A DNA stretch of 62,994 nucleotides, filler included, from Nemertoderma westbladi (taxonomy: Eukaryota; Animalia; Xenacoelomorpha), in NCBI GenBank assembly GCA_032718475.1. It is 3 parts of 3 records of this genome, joined end to end, with 100 filler letters (N's around TTAATTAATTAA, not from the genome) between each part and the next. Parts side by side here need not be neighbours in the genome. Positions count along the whole stretch, not along the records: positions 1 to 29,532 come from JAUCBJ010000571.1; positions 29,633 to 59,281 come from JAUCBJ010003402.1; 1 more part is not named here. One strand, written 5' to 3'. The notes under the pieces are model-generated. The model did not search any database. It was not told the DNA's origin and worked only from the letters and a program-made list of their open reading frames with translations. Positions 24,019 to 36,349 of this stretch are shown here, piece by piece. A program made the position numbers and the translations under genes. Positions within the stretch are counted from its first letter, which is position 1; the number at the start of each line of letters is the position of its first letter.

Positions 24019-26186
24019 TGTTACGGTATATGGCGCTGTATATACATTATTAGCCGATGTACTGTGCGCATTATTAGCCATTATGCAGTGCGCATTATTA
24101 GCCATTATGCAGTATACATTATTAGCTATTATGCAGTACACATTATTAGCCGTTCTACTGTACACAATATTAGTCATTATGCAGTATAATTATTTAGATA
24201 AGGCATGATAATGCGTGATGACATTTAGATAAGGAAAATAAAACGCCCATATATTTTGAATTCATTCATTTTGTATAGTATGTAGTCCTACCTATGTAAT
24301 TTTGTAATAGGATAGTTCCAGGGTAGCAAGTTTCTTGTTGGACCCTGGATATAAGCTTGCTGTTATTAGCCTCGATAGGGCTAGCATCCAGGAACGCAAT
24401 CCTAACCATTCAGCAGCCAGGGACATGATCCATTACCATATATGGTAATAATTTGCGATTTGGAAGCCCTGAGGTTCACAATCCGGCTTCCTTATTGGCC
24501 CAGCTGTTCCAGGTTGGTCTGATGGTGGGGCGGATTGGGGAACCAATGAGAGGAATATTGCGTCATCCCTGTTGCATCACCTATAAATTGGCTGTATTTC
24601 CGGTATGTGCATCTAGTTATCTTAATCTTAATCTCTAATTCTAGTTTTCTAGTTCTCAGTTGTTACAGCAGTATTAGTGGCAGTATTGTAGTTTTGTTTC
24701 TGGTTAATTGTTAATCTTTCGTCTATCTTTCTGTATTTCTCACTCAATTACTGCAAATTACAACTTTGAATTATGGTTTCTACTTCGATTATTAATTCCT
24801 GTGTGATTTAAGATGTGATAATCCCACGGGATTTCTTTAGACTGTCAGACTTTGCGATTTGCATGCGCCGCTACGGTAGCTATTCATCTTGATGGAGGGC
24901 TAAGGTACCGGTAGGCGGTGGGCGCATCGGGGGGTTAGCGACGAAGGGAGTAGCGGAGAATTCAAAGGCGGGCAACGCTGGCGGGGGGTCACCGTTGCGG
25001 TCGGGCAATTTGCATTGTGGCGTGCGGACAGCTCGCTGGTACAGTAATTAGGGGGCTGATGATCCAGATTTTGTCTCTATTTTGTAGTATTAGGGGGGCA
25101 GGAATTGGGTTAGTTAGGAAGCCTAGATGTACCCGGGAGAGGCCTGCGTGCTTTACAATTGCGAATTGCATGCATTGCGAATTATTATATTGTGCTGTGT
25201 AATTGCGAATTGCGTGCATTGCGAATTATATAATTGCGGATTGTACAATTGCGAATCGCGCATTGCGAGCTGTGATTGCTGACGCTGATTGGTGTGTTAC
25301 TGAAGTGTGCCTAAGATTACGAATGCTTAGATAGGCGCTCTTTTCTCTTTGATTGATTTCTATTTCTTAGTTTACTGTAAATAATTACTGATTAGGTCAA
25401 AGTAATACAGTATTTTAGGCTGTTACTAGTGAAACCCGTTGTGTAATAAATTAGAATTACGCATTCTGGAACTCTTAGTAATTAGTACGCTGTTACGTAT
25501 TTGTGACTGTAATTAATTAGTAAAATTAAGAATTAGTACGCAGCATAGCGGAGAGTAGCTAAGGTAATAATTAGAGTACCGTAAACTATTCACGCTGGGC
25601 GGTTATTTGAATTAGCGGGCAATAAGCTAGATTGCAGTATTCAGTACGCAAAACGCATTAGTAATTTGCTGGCCTAAAGCCAGCCGTGTAGGCAAGTTTA
25701 GTCCCACTATAGGTATTAGCCCTAATAAACACTGTACCGATTTTGATTATTTTAAATATTCTCACATTCACACATTCCGTTAGGGAAACCCAGTCTTTGC
25801 GATTAGAAGGAACGCATTTACCAGACTTTACAGTAAGATTAGGCCGTAAGAATATACTCTGAGTGTAGAGCCTCTCACACTCGTCTTAAGTCAGCTTAGG
25901 GAGTCAATTCGGGTTTGTTGTTTTGGTTATTCCCGCGTGGCTCATATATTCGAACAGTTAGCTCTCTAACGAGTAATTGGTAGAGAAAGGAACAAGAAAT
26001 TAGCAGGAGCCGTAGAAAATTAGTAAAACATATTAGCAGACGGCAGATTAGCGCCATCTAACGGCAATTAGCAGTTTTGTATTTAGCACCCCCTCACATT
26101 AGCAATAATACGCTCCTGATTGCCCTGTCTAATAAATAGAGCAGTTTTGTGTCTTTATTGGTTAGGCCGGGGTAGTTTGTTTAACA
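24019..26186 (+). repeat. 3' LTR of element 1 (2168 bp)
   Basis: Direct repeat of 4835-6974, followed by the AGTAG TSD. Confidence 0.97.
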
Positions 26187-26946
26187 AGTAGTAATTTAAA
26201 AATGAAAAATGTCTTTCCGAGAAAATGCCCTTCAAAGTTTAAACCGTCCCGCCAAAATTGGCTGTCTGCGTTCTGGTTGGTTAATTATTTCCGGCATGAA
26301 GGATGCACAGCAACGAGCTAAAATGTTCATTACGGGGGTTTTCGGGGTCGCTGATTTCATTTCCGATGTCAGTTTTAATTTTTGGTGGAATCTTGTCTGT
26401 CCGTCTGTCTGTCGGTCTTCTGTCTTTCTTACAATTTGACGGACAGACCGTCATATGGAAAAACAGTGATAACTCGAGAACTGAAAGAGGTCTCACTAAG
26501 CGGTTTTCAGATTTGTAATCCTCATTAAATTCTACACTAGATTAAATAAAGAAGCTGTAAAAGCTTCTGTGGGATATAACTGGCCCCTTTTTGCTTCGCA
26601 ATCCAGTTTCCCCCCAGGCGCTGGAATACTCTAAAAAGGTTCTCTAACTGTATATATATTCCCCTCGCCCGCAAGGTACCGTTACAGGTGTTTTAACGGA
26701 CATAAAAGTCATTCTGCTATATACGTGTTTTGGCGGACATGGTAAGGCAAAAAACCTGTAATGCACCAACTACCTTTCACAGCTTAGCCGTGATGATTCA
26801 TATTACGACATCTAACAGCTGGTTGCTGACATGGAAACAGCCATTGGACGCATAGTTCTTTGTTTGGCTTGAGCCAATCAGAGCGATTTTTCCTGTCGAC
26901 GTGTAGCTTTTCAGCCGATCATAAGGAGAGTGTTCAGTCTTACTGC

Positions 26947-27891
26947 CTTACTTGATACTTTGTTGTTATTGCTGTCTAAGCCAGAAACACCGGCCTTTTG
27001 GGAAGAACTCTAGTAAACTGCTTAGATTATAGAAAGTATAACTGTTACCGGCGGTGTTACCTCACTTAATTTAACTGCACTAATCATATTGTTTGTACTG
27101 CTATTTACCGTCAGTTATTAATTGTATCTATTTGTTGATGGAAATATTGCTCTTTGGAGAATACGGATAAATCACCCAAAATTCCCAATTTTCTTGATAC
27201 ACTACAGGTTAGAGAGGCGGGCTATATATAACAATTGCGATTTATATCAATGTGGTGTGTATTGAATCTAATGTTATTTAGTAGACACTACCTGAGTCAA
27301 TTGCTGTTCTCTTTATGTGTGATCAAATATACTGACGGTCGGCAGAATAGTGTGCATGATTGTGAGTGTGATGTGACTGGTAACAAAGCATTTCCTAAAG
27401 AATGCGACTTATACTTTAATCATAAGCCTTATCGTTGCGTTTAGTATAAGTCCTAGCTCTGTTTAAATAGATAGAGCGCCACGTCCTAAAGGAACTGTTA
27501 ATATTTCCCGAAAGTTAATAATATCTGTCAGAAATTAATTATTAGTGATCTATCGAATAATACAATAGGTTTACACTGCAACCTTACACTGCAATAATAA
27601 AATCTAAGCATCCGAATTCAGCCTCCCGGGTGTAGATCCATCGGGTGAATGATCGCGCATGGGCTGGCTTCGGCTAATGTTTTGTTTATTAGCATAAAAT
27701 ATTGTCGTATGCTAAAGGTGTGTTAATTAACTAAAAGACATATAAATTTTGGCAGGTTAAACTGCTAAAGGTCTTCAAAAGCGCGAACAGTAACAGTTAT
27801 ACTTTCTATAATCTAAGCAGTTTACTAGAGTTCTTCCCAAAAGGCCGGTGTTTCTGGCTTAGACAGCAATAACAACAAAGTATCGAGTAAG
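26947..27891. repeat. 102-bp inverted repeat (26947-27048 / 27790-27891)
   Basis: The arms are reverse complements with a single G-U-compatible mismatch. Confidence 0.97.
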
Positions 27892-27944
27892 TTAAAGTAA
27901 CCAAGTAACCCTAAAATATTCAGAAATTCAATTATTCTAAAATA

Positions 27945-28200
27945 ATTGACATACCGGTATTTACCATAGGCTTATTATATTTATTTCTATAAATTTGTGC
28001 TGAAATCATACCGGTACTCTGTAATTAATTATAGTCCAGAATTATACTTATATACTATAAGTGTAGGCTGTATACCGGTATTCACGATAGGCCTATTATA
28101 TATTTATATATATTTGTGCTAAAATTATATACCGGTACTCTGTGACAAATCTAGTCTGTAATAATACTTATATATATATTATAAGCATACCGGTATTCTA
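27945..28200 (+). repeat. ~60-bp-period repeat with an ATACCGGTA core (5 copies) in the element 2 leader
   Basis: ATACCGGTA at about 27951, 28008, 28072, 28129 and 28187. Confidence 0.75.
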
Positions 28201-28332
28201 ATATATTATATATATATCACGCTACACTGAGTAGCAGTATCGGTAATTAATTATTAGGCTAACAGTGATACTGAATTACTAGACTTGCTTTAACTGTAAT
28301 ATAGCAGTAGGCATTCAACTGTACAATCAAAC

Positions 28333-29532
28333 ATGGCTGACACAAGGCAAACTCTGTCAGATAGTCTCCTAGAAACAACAGCCTGTTTCTCAGATCAAAG
28401 TGTAGAGAATCCCAGACCGAGGTCTGAAACCCCTCATACTGTAAGAAGGGCAACCCCTGCAGTGGTTGTGACAGAACCTAGGTTGGTAGAAAAGATTTCG
28501 CAATTTGCGAAGTTAGTGAAGCGCCGTTGGTCTGCCATAGGCACTCGGGCCCAAGTCAAGCGGGATCAAGAAGAAGCTATAAAACAGCAGCAACCTCCTA
28601 GCCAAGAACCTGGTTCTCAGCGGCCCGATAGCTCCAGTAGTTCGGATACTGTTGAGCGGACGCCAGAACGCGGAGCGAAGATGGCGGATACGGTTTATGA
28701 TGGGCGGCCAGCCTGTGGGGAATCAACCGACGCCACTTCTTCTCAAGTGGAAAGTGAGGTGGAAAGCGAAGTGAAAAGTGAGGTGGAAAGCGAAGTGGAA
28801 AGCGAGGTGGAAAGCGAAGTGGAAAGCGAATTAACATCAGCAGAGAAGCCGCGAACTAGAGACGCTATCGACATTTATTTGTCCGACTATCAGCGATTCC
28901 TAGGAGACGAAGAGTTGAGGAGACGGCTGTCTGGACTTTCCCCTAATAGTGAAGGAACCAAGCTTGTGTTGGACGCAATCGATGCCGAAATGTTAGCTGC
29001 AAACCAAGCTGAATGTGATGAAAAACTCCGCCTCATTAGAGTCCGAGAAGAACAAATAAAGAAAAGAAGGATAGAGGAACAAAAGGCGGCGGCTATGGCA
29101 GATGCAGAAGCAGAAAGAAAAGCAGCAAAGGCGGCGGCTATGGCAGAAGTAGAAGCAGAAAGAATAGCAGCAAGGGCAGCAGCGGCAGAAGCAGAAGCAA
29201 AAGGAAGGGCAGCAGCGGCAGAAGCAGAAGCAAAAGGAAAGGCAGCGGCGGCAGAAGCAAAGGCGGAAAGGGCAGTGGCCGAAGCAGAACGGAGAGCCTC
29301 TGAGCAGACTATCCAATTGGAGTTGGAAAATCTGCAAGAGACGCAAGACAGTATAAATAAACAGTTTACTGCTAATCAAATGCAGATGATGAGTCGATCT
29401 ACTCCCAAGCGCCAAGGATACACATCATCGGAGGAAGGCGAGACCACCGATCCTGAAGGCGGAGGAAATAGATCTCGTCTAAGCAGGCGTAGAAAAACAT
29501 CTCACCGTCATAAACTGCCTGATTTGCCCCCC
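28333..29532 (+). CDS. Probable gag N-terminus of element 2 (partial)
   Basis: 400 open codons with ESEV and AAAEA repeats and a coiled coil. Its position after the LTR and leader mirrors element 1. Ends at the gap. Confidence 0.65.
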
Positions 29533-29632
29533 NNNNNNNNNNNNNNNNNNNNNNNNNNNNNNNNNNNNNNNNNNNNTTAATTAATTAANNNNNNNNNNNN
29601 NNNNNNNNNNNNNNNNNNNNNNNNNNNNNNNN
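29533..29632. other. Assembly gap with a TTAATTAATTAA linker
   Basis: 44 N + a 12-mer carrying stops in all six frames + 44 N. Confidence 0.98.
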
Positions 29633-30239
29633 AGTATACATTTTAATCAAACTGATATATTGACGACAGTTTTGTACATATATGTACAGATACAGTACTT
29701 TTTGTGAATAAACGCGTGGAAATAGCCATTGAATATATTTGTTGCCATAGCGAAATGCACCTTACGTATCTATAACTGCAAACAAATTTGAATAGTGGGG
29801 GAATGGGGATGGTGACTATATAAACCCAAATCCCATCTCGGCGAAATAATATTTCACCCCTCAAATTGATTGTCAATTAAGACCGAAAGGATGAAGCAGA
29901 TCACATGGAGTGCATAAGCGTGCGGCTACGTGGGGGGGAGGGGATTCGCCCCCCTTTGCCAATTCCCACCACACCCTACAAAAAAAAGTATTTCAAAAAT
30001 TGTAAAATTTGCGGACTGTGCAGTGTCGCGAGGGGGCCACCAATAATATTAACTTACTCAAAATATTTATATACTGTATTTAGTGCAATTTCGATCACTT
30101 TAATTATCATTTAGCTGGTTTATTTTATTGTTAGTAAATGATAATTTATGTTAGTATCGTGATAATTTAACAGTGGTGTTTAAGTTACGGCCAAGGACTC
30201 CTTGGTAAGGAGTAGGATAAACCAGGGGGGTAAAATGTA

Positions 30240-31133
30240 CACCATAACCCGTAATACAACAACCATTTTTAGGGGGTCGGAGCCCCCCCCCCCATAATTT
30301 TATTCAAATTTCAATAAAATGCTACGAAATTTGGTATGATGATGATGATAGATCGATACCTTTTCTTACTGGTGGCCTGGCCGGATTTTTTAATTTATGA
30401 GCTATTTCGATACAACAAGCCGTTAAAAATCGTCTATTTCGCAATATTTAGCCACCTCCGTCAGCTTTATTTTTCGTCTTTGGAATGATATCTAGATATC
30501 ATTAGAACCGCCTTCATCTGCAGATTCCGAATATGAAACCCGTTGTAAATTTCACCAAGAACTTCCGGAGATATTATCAAAATACTAAGGTGTAAATTTT
30601 GTGACGTAAATCGCTATAATTCTAATGTTTTATTTACTCAATTCTAGAATATTAATTATGGATAATGAAAAAACAAGATGGAGAGTTTTAAACGCTCAGC
30701 TAAATAATAATTAATATTCTAGAATAAAGACAACAAAACATCAGAATTATAGCGATTTACGTTCTAAATTTACACATTAGTATTTTGATAATATCTTTAC
30801 CAATTTGTGGTTAAATTTAAAACGGTTTTCAGATTCGGAATCTACAGACGAAGGCGCTTCGAATGATATCTAGATTACATTTCAAAGACGTAAAATAAAG
30901 TCTACGGAGGTGGTTAAACATTGCTAAATAGACATTTTTTAAGGGATTGTTGTATGGAAATAACTGAGAAATTGAAAAAACCGGTCAGGCCACCAGTAAG
31001 AAAAGGTGTCGATCTATCATCATACCGAATTTCGTAGCATTTTATTGAAATTTGAAAAAAATTAGGGGGGGAGGGGGGGGGGGGGGGGGGCTCCGACCCC
31101 CTAAAAATGGTTGTTGTATTAAGGGTTATGGTG
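30240..31133. mobile_element. Palindromic MITE (Tc1/mariner-type TA TSD)
   Basis: TA|CACCATAACCC...GGGTTATGGTG|TA. Arms of roughly 420 bp pair over nearly the whole element. Confidence 0.88.
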
Positions 31134-33019
31134 TATGTTGATTATATAATTTTATGTGTAGGCCTAGTGTATATGTTGATATGTCTATAAAATAAGAGAC
31201 AAACTAGTAACTAGGCCTATAATACAGTGTAAAAATAAATATAATAAGCCCCTATACCGATAAGTAGGGAAATTAGTTTACATTAATTGCATATAAAATT
31301 ATTTAAAAATTAAATATCGTGTCATATAAATGATTGTGCTGGGGATAAGTACGGTAGCTGAAATATATACACTGAAACTCATACATATACTAACTCGTTG
31401 CATGCACGTACTGTTGTGTAGTAGTTAGGCAATGTCAACCATGCCAACCTGACGATGCATACATGACCTTGGCATTCCTTCTGTATTCTGGTGTCACTGA
31501 TGTAGTTACTTACAACTAACTCTAGTATACAGTATGATTGCAGGATTACTGTGCCAAGTTTACTGTAAGTTGCCTATGCCCGATCAGCCTATACCATATA
31601 CCGTACAGTACTTATTAAAAGTGTTTTATCTGGGCTCTGGGCAATCAATGATTCAACAACATTGGGGTAAATCAATATGGAAGAATTGAGGGGAAAGACG
31701 GACTTGAGTGATGATGAAACTCAGAAATTATATGAACAAATATTACTTCAGGTTAGCTTCGAGCTGTAGAGCGTAGAGATTTGTGTGTTTCATACATAGT
31801 ACCGGTCCGGCATTGTCCGGTACTGATGTTTGAGTTGGATACTTCTGTCAGTCTGTATCTGTACCGGTACTTCCGGCAGTCCGGTGCGATAGGCATTAGG
31901 TACACTAAACAGTCACACCTCGATTCCTTGAGTCGCCGTTCGGAAATTCTCAACTACAGGTCAGCAGGTACCGGTACTGCTGTACTGGACTTCAGGACTT
32001 TCTGACTTTGGAGACTGACACCGCCTGCGTCTGACCATAGCCAGTCTGCCAGTAGCGGCAGGCTAGGCTGCGAGTATCAGCTGATTACACACACAGACAC
32101 ACAGTTACAGGCTGACAGGAATATATTAGATAGGAAAGCCGGCATTTAGTAACTGTAGTAGTCTGTTCTGTTCTGCTGTTAGCAGGTTAGTGCAGTTAGC
32201 TGGTTAGTACTGTAGTATAGTACTACAGCTGTACAGTAAACAGGTAAAGTAAACATAGGCCTGACTAGGCCTAAGCAGGTACCGTAAACTGGGGTTACTT
32301 TGCCCGGTGGGGTTACTTTGCCCAAACTTTTCACTTCTCATTTAACTATTATTTTTAGAAAAAAATATTGTTAATGTGGCGGCTATTAAGGTCATATTAT
32401 AAAGGTGAATTACTGGTGAAGAGAATGATATGAAAATGCAGTATGGTTTCATTTATATAATCAATGTAATATTATTTTGATGAAATTACACTAAAAAAAT
32501 CCATCAAAATCTATGTCCCAAACTTTACCTTGCAAAAGTGAAAAGTATTTCTGCATTTTAACAATAACTATATTATTAGTTTGATTCTACATTTATTCAT
32601 GCAAAATTTGAGCGGTTATACATACAAGTAATATTGCAAGTTAAATATTTATGGGAATTTTTGCCAGCTTGGACCATTTCTTAAAATATGGGGGCTACTT
32701 TGCCCAGCTTTTTTTTCACTTGGCACTTATTTTTCTGCCTATTTCGCTATGTTATTTAACAATTCTACCAGCACATTTACCTTATATATATTATCCCAGC
32801 AAATATTTGTAATTTACGGAGTGGGGCATGCCATTGTCAGATTGTCTATAATGGACTTAAGAATAAAAATCGTTAAAAATTATCTAAATCGGTGTGGAAG
32901 GGTTGTGGATAAGTTTACGAACAATCAGCCAGGCAAAGATTGGGCTGTTTATTGAACGTCAGAAAAACCAATTGTCATTGCCGTCGGTCATGAGGAAATA
33001 ATTGCTTACTTCGAACATC

Positions 33020-33288
33020 TAAAGAATACTCTGGAAGGGGTACCTATTCGTAATATTCTTAACTACCATGAAACAAATTTCACGGACAATCCTGGATCGA
33101 AGAAGTTAACTTTCAAGAGAGGGGTTAAGTATCCGGACAGAGTGCAGAACTTTTCCAAGGGAGCTATTAGTCTAATGTTTTCTGGAAGCGCCGATGGTAT
33201 ACTACAGCCCATTTACGTAGTGTATAAGACAACAAACTTATGGAACAATTGGTGCGAAGGAGGACCACCAAAGACCCGATATGCTCGA

Positions 33289-33319
<31 letters not shown>

Positions 33320-34230
33320 TGATCGGCATGCTGCATTGCAGCTGCATTTTTAAGAATGCTGTGCCGGCTTGTCAACAAAATTGCACCGCCACAACTCCCT
33401 ATCACCCATGACATTTGCTAGATCATCCGCATCTTTAAGGCCAGTGTCCTTTAAGATGCGTCTCAAGAAAGTCATGGGCTGTCCACCATGCTTATTTACT
33501 CCATGAGGCTGCCAAAGTACAAGATTATGCACTGGCTGGTCCTCACGGCGAAAGCAATGTCCTGCAAAGCGGAGGCGATTTTGTTCTAGTGTCAAGCTTG
33601 GGGGAACCAATGAGACACCTCCAATGTTATATAGTGTCTGGTTGGAGATGTGTGCATTGTACTTGACACAATGAACCCGGCGTAGCATTCTTGTGAATGT
33701 GCCATCCAGAGATTTGGTGTCCTCAGCAGTTAGAGCCCAGCATGGACTCCCGTAGAGGAGTACTGGAACTACTGCTGCTCTAAATAATCGGACCTTAAGT
33801 TTCCGATTAATTCTCGGTGACTTCCAAATCCTGGAAAGCCTATTCAAGGCTGCCCATGCCTTTCCCTTACGTATTCGAAGGTCCTCACCTGACTTCCGAT
33901 GCTCGAACTACCAGTGGTTGGTTTGATGAAATAGCATTTGAAGAGTGGTTTATGACTATTTGCTTGCCCTGGGCAAAACATCTTGAAGGGAAAAAGGTGG
34001 CCATTGGTGATAACCTTAGTTCACACATTAGTGAAGGGGTAATAGATCAATGTTCTCGCAATAACATTTCGTTTGTCTTCCTTCAAGCAGTATTTCACTT
34101 GAGAAACAATCCTTCCCACGTCTCCTAAATCAACTAATAATCAAGCTCAATGAGAATGGCAGAATGGGGCAGCATCCACAAACATTAAAGCTGGATTTCG
34201 AGCAGCTGGTATAGCACCATTTGATCCTAC
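33020..34230 (+). pseudogene. pogo-like DDE transposase, disrupted
   Basis: NYHETNF, GSADG..QPIYVVYK, SGWFD, IGDNLSSH and IKAGFRAAGIAPFDP motifs. Carries an RTE insertion and deletions. Confidence 0.88.
33294..33898 (-). mobile_element. 5'-truncated RTE-clade LINE
   Basis: RT C-terminus (LKVRLFRAAVVPVLLYG, RLRFAGHCFR), a (TAG)n tail and a 13-bp TSD ATGCTCGAACTAC (33281-33293, 33899-33911). Confidence 0.93.
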
Positions 34231-36349
34231 TAATGTATTGAAGAAGATTCCACATGTAACGAGCTCTGCTTCCCATTCCACACCCACCTCTGCAGAATCT
34301 TTGGTTCTTTCCAATGAGGTACTTCCTTCAACAGATTACTTCTCAGCAACAATTCAACATGGTGAGCCTGTGCCCACTGCAGTGTCCCAGGAATTACCAA
34401 GTCCTTCAACTGTATTTACTTCTGCTTCATGCAATGTTGTCTCTGCAATAATTAATAATTATTATATAATAGTTAATTAATAATTCCCCATTGCCATCTC
34501 ACAGGAATTACCAGGTACTTCAATTGCAAGTACTTCTTCTTTCTCAGGTGTTGTCTCTGCAACAATTCCCAATGGGCAGACCGCTGCAGCAGTGCAGGAA
34601 TCTCCAAGTACTTCAGCGAGAAAATTAATCTATAGTTCTCTTCTTGATTATTTGAAACTGTCACGTGAAAAGAGTAACTGTCACGTTAGTAAAATTACCA
34701 GGCGACGTAAATTGAATGTTCCTGCTGGAAAATCAGTATCCGCAGAGGAGTATGATAAAATGAAAAAAACGAGAGGAGGAAAATTTTCGTGGTCGAGATC
34801 GCTGTGCCATTCGAGGCCGCGGTGCCACTTGTGGATGTGGTGCCATTCCAAGCCATGGCACCAACCCAGGTCGTGGGACCAATCCAAGGGGTGGCAACAT
34901 TCGAGGTCGTAACAGTTTACATAGGGCCTACCCGTGGAGTGGGCCGCGGTCACTCTATGGGATTAAGAAGAAGGATCATTCGTAACGGAAATTATCATCA
35001 AGATAGCGAGTCTGAGAGTGAGGGAGAGAGCGACAGTTTGGATTCTTTCTCTGACACAGACACTGAACTGACATGACTGATAACACAATTGCTGCGATTT
35101 TGGATTCAGACAACATCAGTATCGACAACTTCGAATATGATGATTATAGTGACACTATGCTGCTACAGTATGAGTGAGGAAAATGATGTATGACGATGCG
35201 ACTCCAAGTAGATCGATTGCCAACTGGAATATGGATATGGAACTACCTGAACTAGGCCAATTAGAGGCACTTTATAATGATTATCATTAACTATTGTTTT
35301 GTTAGGTATATTTGTCTATTTTTTAGAACAGAAATTTACAATTACTGTCTAATTTGAGAAATTGCCAGTCTTGTTAGAGATAAATTTATTCTTATGCAAT
35401 ATTTTAGATTAGAAATTTACCATTCTAATTTGAAAAACATTTATACTTCTACAATTTTTCAGAATAGAAATTGCCAATCTAGTTAGATAAACTTGTATTC
35501 TTATATGATGTAATTTTATAGAATATAACCAAAGTTTTAGGTTCAGAATAGAAATATACTAGACCAATTAAAGAAACTCACCTGTTATTGCCTCATTATT
35601 CAATTCGATTTATGTAATTTTTTCGCATTATAAATTCTTATAGCATTTCTATAGGAATGTAGGAAATTTGATAAGGGGTGGTGCTAATTTTTTAAAATGC
35701 ATTTTATGGGCAAAGTAGCCCCTCAATGGGGCTAAATTCGCTCTTATCTGGTTGTGGTCTTTTATCTGGTTTTCATTGCCAAATTATAGCAAAAAGTGCT
35801 TGAAACAGTGTAAATTCATTTAGTGGGAAAAGTTAGCCATACCTGGCACCTGGGGCTACTTTGCCCATAGCATAAATTTGTAAAAAACTATAAAAACGTT
35901 ATTATATGCCCTTTGACTGAATGTGTTCACAAAATAAAATTACTAGTGCACCATAATTCACAATAAATACAGTGCTGGTAATAATGGTTGACATGTTTTT
36001 ACACAATTTAACAACCATATGCTTTCGTAAAAATGGGCAAAGTAACCCCATTTACGGTACGTCTCTAAGTGCTGAAGTGGCGGTAAGCCTTCCTTCCTGC
36101 CTTCTGTCGTCCTTTAGTTCAGTAGTTCACTCTGTCTGTCTGTCACTGTTGTATTATTGTTACACCTGAACCCGTCAGCCCGTGTTCTGTAACCTTTGGC
36201 TGTTTGGTAATTAGACGAGAAGGCGACAGACCTCTAGCAGCTCTTATCTGCTTATAGCAGTATCTGAGTATAGCTGTGTATAGTATCCTAGAGCTAGATC
36301 TAGCCCAATAGCCGATAAATTACTGTACCGGTACTATAATAATCAGAAA

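Larger units (their letters stand above)
4835..26186 (+). mobile_element. Full-length BEL/Pao LTR retrotransposon (element 1) carrying a nested LINE
   Basis: Two TG...CA LTRs, a 5-bp TSD AGTAG (4830-4834 and 26187-26191), and gag-PR-RT-RNaseH-IN order with Pao-type motifs. Confidence 0.97.
26556..29532 (+). mobile_element. 5' part of a second BEL/Pao-like LTR element (element 2): LTR ~26556-27789, leader and gag start, cut by the gap
   Basis: TGT...ACA ends. Homology to 58049-59275 starts exactly at TG. A leader motif is shared with element 1 and a gag-like ORF follows. The LTR 3' end and BEL assignment are inferred because no 3' LTR or pol is visible. Confidence 0.75.
32282..36057 (+). mobile_element. 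pogo/Tigger-like DNA transposon (defective)
   Basis: TIRs CCGTAAACTGGGGTTACTTTGCCC / GGGCAAAGTAACCCCATTTACGG, a TA TSD, subterminal GGGG(T/C)TACTTTGCCC repeats and DDE_1 transposase remnants. Confidence 0.93.

Noticed and set aside
26947-27891. The 102-bp inverted repeat as TIRs of an inserted MITE
   Set aside because: No TSD flanks the outer ends, the inner arm starts exactly at an AACA|GTAA junction like element 1's proven LTR end, and the arrangement recurs in copy 3. Disfavoured, but not fully excluded.
29533-29632. TTAATTAATTAA palindrome inside N runs (also 59282-59381)
   Set aside because: Artificial six-frame-stop scaffolding linker. Adjacency across the gaps is unproven.
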